Assembly (NCBI GenBank): GCA_023334545.1
Contig: JAADVB010000184.1
Span: forward strand, 1 to 38,454
Source of the DNA: Salisapilia sapeloensis CBS 127946
Lineage: Eukaryota > Protista > Oomycota
Direction: 5' to 3'
DNA length: 38,454 nucleotides
Shown piece by piece: positions 1-9,468 of this stretch; the first letter of the stretch is position 1; every line of letters begins with the position of its first letter. Below the pieces are notes generated by a model that ran no database searches, was not told the origin of the DNA, and was given only the letters and a program-made list of their open reading frames with translations. Position numbers and translations under genes: made by a program.

Positions 1-435
1 ATAGAATTAGCACAATTATGAAATTAGTACATTACCACTAGTCTGACATGGAAACTTGGAGCTGTGACGGCTGCCAGTCTCGGAGCTCAACCGCACGACT
101 ATAAGTAGCAGCGAAAATACAACGAATAGTCCACGATACAAAATGAGTTGTCGATGCTAGTGAATGGTTTGTGTGTTAGTTTAGAATCTGGAGTTCTTGG
201 CAAAGTCAGTACGGCCTCATCCATCGACAATTTTTTGATTTGAGATTCCATCACAGGTAGAATTTTATCGATACTGAGCAGGGCGAGAAAGAAGAGAACC
301 CATTGGATAAAGGCCTTGGAAGTGATACTGTTTTGTTTGACAGTTTAAAAAGATAAGATCTGTCTACAGTTGGATAAACCCGTTACACCAGCATAGGAAG
401 CTAAAAACATGCTGTACTTAATGGAAGCAAAAAAG

Positions 436-508
436 TATCGATGGTGGGGATTGAACCCACGATCTTAGCCGTGTTAAGGCTACGTCCTAACCACTAGACG
501 ACACCGAC
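436..508 (-). tRNA. tRNA-Val(AAC)
   Basis: Reverse complement GTCGGTGTCGTCTAGTGGTTAGGACGTAGCCTTAACACGGCTAAGATCGTGGGTTCAATCCCCACCATCGATA folds as a 73-nt cloverleaf: acceptor GTCGGTG/CATCGAT, anticodon stem TAGCC/GGCTA with loop TT-AAC-AC, T-arm GTGGG-TTCAATC-CCCAC. A T6 Pol III terminator follows. Confidence 0.96.
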
Positions 509-1438
509 TTGATGATAAATTATCAATAAAATACTATAAAATATAAGAAAAACGACAATTTTATTGTTGAAGTGTTTTTACAGTTTGCCAATCATGACCT
601 AAGCGAGATGTATTCGAGGTATTTGTGTGTACTTTTATACTTAACAAATCTAGAAGTAAGTACCGCACTATTGAAGCCTTTAATCGTATGGATGCCGAGG
701 CTGGATTACGCAGATCACCACTGGCACACATCAGGTGTCTTCGATCAACGTGTCCGCACATCTAGATGCCTTAACCAAGTCTCTTTTCTCTTGGGCGATT
801 CCAGTAGCATCCCACTCTACAAAATGGAACAGCTTATTGCTTTCAACGCCGCATACCAATCGTTCCTCACTTGCGAGCAAAGCGATGAATATGCGGTTAC
901 CAACTTGCTTATCTTGGCTTTCATGCCATTTAAAACTAGCGAGTCTCGTGAAGAACGTTACCAGGAATCCATCAATTGGTCCGCACCAACAACCGCGTAC
1001 ATTGTGCATACCCTAAGTTCGAGGCTCGCGGATGAGCATTTTTCCATTACCACTTAGCGTGTCATCTTCAGGGCATCTACAGACGCTAGAGCAGCATCGT
1101 CTAGGACCGTCGAGTCATAAGTAGCGTAAGTATGACAAAAGACACCTCGATGAACCAACTCTCGATGGATAAACAAGAGGTATGTGAAGACACTAGCTTT
1201 TACCGGATAAACATCTTTAGTATACGACGTACATGCGCACAGTGAAAGGCAAACATTAGATTTGTGAATGATGTCTGGACACCTGACGCTAGTCACCCAG
1301 CAATTTTCATCTTCATTCGAGTGACTCTAAACAGTTGGATGTGGTCACCCAAAGTGATGAAGCGAACGATGCTGCTGCAAAGTAGCGGTAGGAATAGGGA
1401 ACGAATGTCTCGTACAGTCTAATCGTTCCTGGAAGAAG

Positions 1439-1454
1439 TCATTCTCCAACTCTC
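1439..1454 (+). promoter_or_regulatory. Putative oomycete INR/FPR core promoter of the elicitin-like gene
   Basis: TCATTCTCCAACTCTC resembles the oomycete initiator (YCATTYY) plus flanking element, about 50 nt upstream of ATG 1494. Confidence 0.45.
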
Positions 1455-1493
1455 GATCCAATCGGCACATCCATTATTCGGTCCTCGCTAAAA

Positions 1494-1970
1494 ATGGTTT
1501 CAATAACTCTCCAAGTTGTCTTCGCTTTCCTTGCTTTTGCTTCCGCACATGGAAAAGAGTGTACGGATAAGGAAAAGATGGAAGTACTGGATGCGTTTCC
1601 TTCTGAACATCAAGCGTCTAAGTGTATTTTTAAACAAGGGGTGGCAAGCGAGCAATTCTGCGAAAAGGACGAATGCGTTAAGCTGATCACGGACAGTATT
1701 GGCGACGTTCCCGATTGTGAAATCTCGGGTGAAAACTACTACCAAATGGCCATGAAAGAGCTAGCTAAATGCCAAAAGGTAAATGATGGCAGCAGCGGGT
1801 CGGAGGCAGATAGCATCTTAGCCGGAAGCACTACATCTGGTATGAGTAAAGACCTTGGCGCCGATAAAGACTCCAACAACAGTGACAGTGCGCCAGTCGG
1901 CTTCAATATCTTCGCTTCTGTGGTAATGATCACTACCTCGTCTGTTGTAGCATTATTGAGTGGTATGTAG
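1494..1970 (+). CDS. Elicitin-like (ELL) secreted, probably GPI-anchored protein, 158 aa
   Basis: Signal peptide MVSITLQVVFAFLAFASAHG; six Cys at 23/44/56/61/75/93 with the elicitin C-x4-C core (spacing 20-11-4-13-17); Ser/Gly/Asp-rich linker; hydrophobic C-terminal tail typical of a GPI signal. Confidence 0.75.
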   Translation: MVSITLQVVFAFLAFASAHGKECTDKEKMEVLDAFPSEHQASKCIFKQGVASEQFCEKDECVKLITDSIGDVPDCEISGENYYQMAMKELAKCQKVNDGSSGSEADSILAGSTTSGMSKDLGADKDSNNSDSAPVGFNIFASVVMITTSSVVALLSGM

Positions 1971-2089
1971 TACAAAAATGAGCTACACTTAGGGCGTAAC
2001 ATATTGCTTTTCAATGTCTTACTCGCTTTTGACCTCCATGACATTAGATACTAGGTCATCAAAGTTTCTCTTTTGCTTGATTCACGCAA

Positions 2090-3225
2090 CTACTTATCTA
2101 CCACTTTTCGTTTGCTTTCCTGCTTCATGTCTTTTGCTTTAACCTCCAACACAGCACCTTGTGGCAAGTCAGCGAGTCGGTACGGTCCGTACTGCACGCG
2201 CACCAGTCTCTTTAAGACTAGTCGAACATGGGCTAAGACGTTTCGCACTTCTCGGTTCTAAGAAAGTTTATATGATCTCAGAAGGCATGCTCATACTTAT
2301 CATTATTCCAAACCAGTTCTACCTTTCCCTCAGAAAGCTTGAGCTTAAGCCATGAGTCCTTCTTATCCTGCGACTCGACATTCGCATGAATTGGACGGTA
2401 TCTAAATCATACAGCATTTGCATCGTGTTAGTTTTACGGCATCATTCGTACCGAGCAATAAATAGCACATACTTAAATCCCTCCACTAGTGGACCACGCT
2501 TTAGATCCTCTAGCTTGGATGTCGAAACCTGTTGTAAGCATGTAGTCAGTACATGTTGTACAACGTTACAAGACATCATGGAAACATACTTGGCCTCGAA
2601 CAAGCGCACGATAGACACGCACGACACCACTCTTAGGGTGCTCTAGCTCCCTAGCGTACTCTCCATCGTTCGTGAAGAGCAGGAGACCCTCTGTGTTATA
2701 ATCAAGTCGTCCAACGGGCATCATGTGCTCCACGAGTCCCATGGTCTTGAGCCTATCAAAGATGGTGGGTCTTCCATCTGGGTCATTCGTCGTGACCAAC
2801 TCGCCTTTTAACTTGTGTGCTATCCATACACGTCTTTGTACCGTGTTCTGGATGACTTTGTTGTTCACACTGACGACATCCGACTGCATTGCGACTTGCG
2901 TGCCAAGGTCAGTGACTACTTTTCCATTCACTTGCACAGCATGTGATGCAATGAGTTTCTCCGCTTCTCTTCTAGAGCACTCTCCAGACAGTGCAATTCG
3001 CTTCGCTAGACGCATGACCGTGTCATCGGTCGATTGCGTACTCTTCGGAGCAGTCGATCTCTTCGTCCGTGGCGATTTCGGCTGAATAGAGCTCTTCTTG
3101 ATCGTCAAAACGGACCGACGAGTGATGTATACACTAGACGTTGGTGCATGGAGCTTAGAAGCGCCCAATACGCTCTTCGTGGAGCGAATAGCCGCCGACA
3201 GCAGCATCGATGATCGCAACACCAT
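2090..3225 (-). CDS. rluB: RsuA/RluB-family RNA pseudouridine synthase with S4 domain, probably mitochondrial, 312 aa, 4 exons
   Basis: S4 motif RLAKRIALSGECSRREAEKLI, catalytic VGRLDYNTEGLLLFTNDG, and C-terminal EGKNREVR and RVQYGPYRL restored by splicing. Exons 2590-3225, 2473-2528, 2323-2401, 2090-2257; GT-AG introns of 61, 71 and 65 nt keep the frame. N-terminus is Ser/Arg/Lys-rich and lacks acidic residues, like a presequence. Confidence 0.9.
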
Positions 3226-3266
3226 TAGATTATTCTAATGTGTCGGTTTTGTTGTCAAATAGTTTC

Positions 3267-3338
3267 AGCCAATGATATCCATACCTAAATTCAATCTGCC
3301 AATCAACACCAGGTCCTAATCGAGCAAGTAGCCAATTG
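3267..3338. promoter_or_regulatory. Three GCCAAT boxes in the 149-bp divergent promoter between the pseudouridine synthase and AROM
   Basis: CCAAT at 3269, 3299 and 3332 (agccaatga, tgccaatca, agccaattg), spaced 30 and 33 bp. Confidence 0.6.
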
Positions 3339-3374
3339 CGCAAATCGTACTCTTCCATCCAAATCTACTTGGTC

Positions 3375-6300
3375 ATGCAGCCGTCCATCGTGCCCTGCGG
3401 CTCCTACGACATTGTCGTCGGTGCCAACCTCCTCTCGACTGACTATGTCGCAAACGACTTGCTGCAATTGCTTCCGAGTACAGCTACGTTTGTCGTTCTG
3501 ACAGACACGAACGTCCTCCCACTGTACGCCGAGCCTTTGACAACGAATCTACGCACCCAAATCGCATCAAGCGATTCTCCCAATCGTCGAGTCATCTTGC
3601 ATGCCATTGCTCCAGGTGAGCTCTCGAAAAGCCGTGCGACCAAAGCTTATTTGGAAGATCACGTTCTTTTCAAAAACCGATGCCACCGCGATACGTGCGT
3701 TATTGCTGTCGGCGGTGGCGTTATCGGAGACCTTTCCGGATTCGTAGCTTCGACGTACATGCGTGGTGTGCCATTCGTGCAAGTCCCAACCTCTCTCCTC
3801 GCTTGTGTGGACTCGAGCATTGGTGGAAAGACCGGAATCGACGTCGAGCACATTGGCAAGAACCTACTCGGCACGTTCCACATGCCACAAAAGGTGTACA
3901 TCGATCTAGACGTACTCAAGACGCTACCGATGAGAGAACTATGCAATGGCATGGCAGAGGTTATCAAGGCCGGATGTATCTCCGACAGCAAGCTCTTTGA
4001 ACTGTGTGAAGCCCATGCCGACCAGGTGCTTTCTCTATCAGATTTTTCCATCCTCCAAGAGATCGTTTCGAGAGCCGTGAAAGTGAAAGCTGAAGTCGTG
4101 ACGGAAGATACGAAGGAGCACGGTCGTCGAGCCATCCTAAACTTTGGCCACAGCGTCGGCCACGGCATCGAAGCGTTGCTACAGCCACACTACTTGCATG
4201 GCGAGTGCGTTTCCATCGGTATGGTGAAAGAAGCCGAGATCTCTCGTGGTATGGGCAAATGCTCTTCCGCGACGGTCGGTCGCATGCTGCGTGTTTTGCA
4301 GGCATACAAGCTTCCCGTCAAGGTACCTCAGAACGTCATCACGAACGACGTCCTCGTCAAGATGGAAGTAGACAAGAAGAATTCGGGAGGAGTGAAGAAG
4401 ATCATCTTGTTGGAGCAGATCGGACGCGTCGCTTCGAACCCATTCACGCGTGCTGTGAATGACGAACAGATCGCGCTTGCAGTCGAAAAGCAAGTAACGA
4501 TGGTGCCAGGACTATGTGCAAACGGAAGTATTCGTGTTCCTGGCTCCAAGTCCATTTCCAACCGAGTGCTCTTAATGGCTGCACTGGGCGAAGGTACATG
4601 TCGTATCAGCGGCCTACTCCACTCGGATGACACGCAGGTGATGATGACAGCACTGAGTAAGCTTGGTGCCGGATTCTCCTGGGAAGATAGTGAAAAACAC
4701 GGGTCTGTACTAGTCGTCGAAGGCACTGGGGGTCAATTCGACGGTAGCAAGTTGACTACTTCCGACCAACGCGAGATGTATCTGAGCAACGCAGGTACTG
4801 CCGCTCGATTCTTAACGACAGCGATGACGTTAGTAAAAAATTGTGGAGACGACGTCGTGGTCACTGGCAACTACCGCATGCAAGAGCGTCCGATCAAACC
4901 ACTTGTGGATGCACTCATAGAAAATGGCTGCGGTATGACGTACGTGAAGAACGAAGGCTTCCCTCCCGTCGCAGTGAAAGGCGCTGGGCTAAAGGGTGGA
5001 AAGATGACACTGGAAGCTAAAGTCAGCAGTCAGTACGTGTCCTCCGTACTCATCAGCGCTCCGTACGCAGATGAACCAGTGTTGCTGCAACTGGATGAAG
5101 AGAACCCGACATCCCTTCCGTACATTCTCATGACGACGCAGTTGATGGGGCAGTTCGGCGTCGACGTCGAGGTCTTGGCTCCGAACCAGTTCCGTGTCCC
5201 TAAGACGTGCTACAAAAACCCGTCCTTTGTCGAAGTTGAGGTAGACGCTTCCTCTGCTACGTACCCCTTGGCCTTTGCTGCTATCACTGGTGGTAGCGTC
5301 ACTGTCGACGCGTTGGGCAACGGCAGTCTACAGGGCGACAGCAACTTCTTCTCTCTACTGGAGCAAATGGGGTGCACGACCTCCCAGACGGAGACGTCTA
5401 CGACCGTCACTGGACCGCAAGACGCTCCTCTAAAGGCAGTGGATGTGGACATGGGCGTCATGACCGACGCTTTCATGACTGCGGCTGTGCTCTGCGCTGT
5501 CGCGGATGGTACGTCCAACATCACAGGCATCGCCAATCAGCGCGTGAAAGAGTGCAATCGCATTGAGGTCATGGTTACGGAGCTGACAAAGATCGGTATC
5601 GAATGTGGCGAGCTACCTGACGGTATCTGGATCCGTGGTGTCAACAAGGACGTATCTAAGCTACACAAATCTTTCGTACAATGCCACAATGACCATCGTA
5701 TCGCGATGAGCTTTGCTGTGCTTGGATCTGTCGTCCCAAACGTTGTCATCACGGACAAGGACTGCACCGACAAGACTTATCCAGAGTTCTGGGACGATGT
5801 CCAGCGTAAACTCGGCCTGCGCGTCTCCCCATACTTGGAAACTGGCGAAGAAAACCAAATCACAGAAGGAGAAACGCCAGCAGTCTTTGTCGTAGGAATG
5901 CGAGGTGCAGGCAAGTCGTCGCTGGCATCTTTTGCCGCGAAGAAGCTCGGCATGGAGTTGATGGACACCGACCGAGAGCTAGAGAAGCAGTTGGGGGAAA
6001 GCATCAGTAGCTTCGTAGCCAAGTGCGATGGCGACTGGACCGCTTTCCGTGAAAAGCAGAAGGAGCTACTGCTGTCTCTCGTGATGAACCCTCCTGCTAA
6101 CACAATCGTGTCGTGCGGTGGAGGTGTCGTGGAGACGCCGGAGATTGTTCGTGCACTAAGCGGATATCGCTACGTGGTGCTCGTCAATCGCCACGTCGAT
6201 GACATTGTGGCATACTTGGACGGAGAAGGACAAGCCAATCGTCCGTCGCTTGGTGACTCGCATTTTAATATCTGGCAGAGACGCATGCCTTTGTATGTGG

Positions 6301-8082
6301 AGAGTTCGTCATTTGAGTTTGTCATCAACAAGGGCGACTTGGACCTGTCGAATGCCGGAGATAACTTTGCCAGACTGCTCCAAGTAGCACTCCCGAACCA
6401 TTCCTCTTCGTTTGATTGGCAACGTGTCGCTAGACCAGACACCTTCTTCCTGTCGCTTACGTACGGCGATATTAGTGATGCAAAGGATATCATGCCAACG
6501 CTTTGTGCCGATGCTCATGCACTGGAACTACGTGTGGATCTGCTGAATGACTTTAAGGACGTAGATTTTGTCAAGAGCCAAGTCGCGGCGCTTCGACGCA
6601 TGTCCGACCTACCGATTATCTTCACAGTGCGATCAAAGGCCCAAGGAGGTCAGTTCCCTGACGGACAAGAGAACGAGCAGGAGATGATCGATCTCTTGAA
6701 CCTCGGCTTACGACTCGGTTGTGAGTTTGTAGATGTCGAAGCATCGCTCCCACTTGCTGCTCGCAAGAAGCTGGTGAAGGAACGAGGTCACAGTGCTATC
6801 ATCTCTTCTTTCCATTCGGTGCAGCACGCAGCATCCAAGGAAGAACTGGATGGAATATTTGACGAATGCTACCTCGATGGTCAATGCCAAGTAGTAAAGG
6901 TCGTAACCAAGGCATTCAACGGTGTCTCGGACGTGACGTTATTGAATCTAGTCAAGGACGAAAAGCTTGCTCAATGGGCGACACCTGCCTTGCCAGTCAT
7001 TACGCTCTGCACGACTGAAGCAGGCAAACTGTCGCGTGTGTTGAACCAGACGCTGACACCAGTGACCCACCCGAAACTCCCTTCGAGTGCGGCACCTGGT
7101 CAGATGAGTGTGAAGCAGATTTGGGAAACTCGTCAGCAGCTAGGTATGCTTCCCTAGATATCTAAAGTCAATTGACGTCAATGCACCTCACTTTCCATTC
7201 ACTTCCAATTCAATAGGAATGATCCCGTCTCGACAATTCTGTCTCTTCGGCAGTCCTATAAGCAAGAGTCCTTCATCAGCCATGCACAACGCAGCTTTCC
7301 AGCTTTCGAATCTGCCATTCGAGTACACGTTGCACGAGACTGAGAGTGCAGCGGATGTCGCCAACATGCTGAAACAAAAGGACTTTGGTGGAGCATCCGT
7401 CACCATTCCCCTGAAGCTAGACGTCATTCCATTGTTGGATGAACTGTCGGATGCTGCGAAGAGCATTGGAGCTGTCAATACGCTCGTGCGCTTGGACCAG
7501 TTGGATGGCAGCGTCAAGTGGAAGGGAGAAAACACGGATTGGATGGGCATTCGTACACCCATTCAGAAGCGCATTCAGTCGCATCTGCAGGATAAAGATA
7601 GTCTTGTAGCTTTGGTTGTTGGTGCCGGCGGAACTGCACGTGCTGCTGTCTACGCGATGCAGCAGTTGCCGCAAGTGTCCAGTGTCTTCATTCACAACCG
7701 GACGCATGGCAAAGCACAGGGCATTGCGAACGAGTTTGGCATCACAACGTTGGAGAAGCTCGAAAAGGATGCCTTAGAGTCCGTCGACGTAGTCGTGAGC
7801 ACCGTGCCTGCCCAAGCCGACTTCCAGCTTCCAGTCTACCTGTTGGAAAACAGCAAGACTGTCGTGATGGACGCTGCTTACTTGCCAGTGCAGACCCCAA
7901 TGCTCAAGCACGCCAAGGAAGTGGGCAAGGAGCTGGTCGAGTGCGTCTACGGCTACGAGATGCTGTACACGCAGGCCATGGGACAATACGAGCGTTGGCA
8001 TGGCAGTACGAAAGCTTTCTCTGTGGATGAACAAGTGCTCAAGCAGGCATGCATCGATAAAATACCATCGGACATGAAGTAG
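3375..8082 (+). CDS. ARO1: Pentafunctional AROM protein (DHQ synthase, EPSP synthase, shikimate kinase, type I DHQ dehydratase, shikimate dehydrogenase), 1544 aa, 2 exons
   Basis: DHQS motifs GGGVIGD, PTSLLACVDSSIGGK, LNFGHSVGH; EPSPS PGSKSISNR, RVKECNRI, HNDHRIAMSF; SK GMRGAGKS; DHQase ELRVDLL; SDH GSPISKSPS..MHN, GAVNT, GENTDW, GAGGTARA. First ATG at 3375; intron 7144-7216 (gtatgc..caatag, 73 nt) joins the two ORFs in frame. Confidence 0.96.
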
Positions 8083-8108
8083 ACAGGACAAAGCAATGGA
8101 AAAAGTTT

Positions 8109-8963
8109 TCATTTAGTCGTAATGTGGTAGGAAGATCGTTTCGCCGTCACAACAGCCAATGCAGAGGAAATAACTAGACCTCCGTAGTGCACTGGAACAC
8201 TAATGTAGCATCCATTCGTACTTTCGTTTGCTAGAGACTATAACAATACATATGAGCAACAAGGTTGGTGTACGTTTCGTTCTTTAGGACGTACCGATAG
8301 AGCGACACCAGCATGGATGACGATGACAGCGGCGATGAGAGCAATCGAATTCTTTCGGAACGCTTCAAACGATATGATCATGAGCGAGACGTCCATGCCC
8401 GTAAGAGCGAGTGTGGAGAAAGCGGAGACAAAGATCGCCGGCATACTCTCGCAAGAGTCATAGAAAGCAGCGCCGCGGTAGCCTGTCGACGACCCGACCA
8501 TACTGCCGTACATCATACAAGAGTGCATGATAGCCCAGCCAACTCCAGCAGCTAGTCATATCATAGAAATGAGCATTGTATGGAGAGAATCACGTGTGCT
8601 ATGCGTACCAATAGAGGAAGTGAGATCGTTTAACGGCACTTTATCGGCGCTACGCGTGACTTTTGCGACAGCATTTTCAGTCCGTCGGTATCCGCAGAAG
8701 AGGCCAAAGCGAGCAAGCTCCTGAATAACGACTGCAACGGGGATGGTGGCGCCCAGGACGCTTTGCATGGGCGAAATGATCTGCCATATCGTCGCGGTTA
8801 AGAGGATAGAGACCATCCAGGTGAAGGCAGCACTGAGTGAAATAATCACGAGCTGCGCGCGCTTAGCCACAAATATGAAGAAGAGCGCTGCAATAGGGCC
8901 GAAGGCGGTCAGTAGGCAGCCAAAGAAGAGCGGCCAATTTACATTGCCATCGCTGACGCCCAT
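8109..8963 (-). CDS. APH1: Gamma-secretase subunit APH-1 homolog, 246 aa, 3 exons
   Basis: FFGCLLTAFGP, VVIQELARF, AGVGWAIMHS, SAFSTLA, VIHAGVAL match the APH-1 multi-pass layout. Exons 8609-8963, 8295-8551, 8109-8237; two 57-nt GT-AG introns keep the frame. Confidence 0.85.
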
Positions 8964-9042
8964 ACTCGATTTCTCGCTCCTTGATGCGGATAAAGAGTCA
9001 GAGACAAATACACTGGGTTAAGTATACGTACTTATGCGTTAT

Positions 9043-9082
9043 CTAATGCATATAAACGAATTTTTATATTTATATGCATTAG
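9043..9082. repeat. Perfect 14-bp inverted repeat with 12-nt loop
   Basis: ctaatgcatataaa (9043-9056) is the exact reverse complement of tttatatgcattag (9069-9082). Confidence 0.85.
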
Positions 9083-9468
9083 GAGTACGGGATGGCCAGG
9101 AGGTCTGCGCGCGCATGGTAGAAGAGGGTGGTTGGAAGCTTGGTGAAGACATGTAATATAAATAGAGGATTGCGCCCACAGCTGCGTTTGCAATCCTTAC
9201 CTCTGTATCGCTATGTACATCTAGAATTTTCATCTTTCTTGTGCGACTGCATGAACGCATTAGAGTATGCTCGCAATACGCTTCATCAGTTTACACGCTT
9301 GTATCCTGCAGCTACTAAATGCAATGAGACATCAAGGTGTCGACGCTTTGTCGATATCTATCTCATGAACGCAGCCTTCTATCCCGTAAAGAGATACCAA
9401 CGATCGTAACGACAAGAACCCATGCATGCACTCAAGGAAATTGGATCACGTTTAACTCTAAGCAGCGT

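Noticed and set aside
3336-3374. N-terminal extension of AROM from the TTG start in the ORF track
   Set aside because: Overlaps the third CCAAT box; first ATG is 3375 and homology starts there.
3443-6890. Many 60-170 aa overlapping ORFs within AROM
   Set aside because: Alternative-frame and antisense shadows of a clearly conserved CDS.
9083-9156. Short exon-like frame GVRDGQEVCARMVEEGGWKLGEDM after a cattag acceptor
   Set aside because: Its upstream partner would overlap the APH-1 start in antisense; no recognisable homology.
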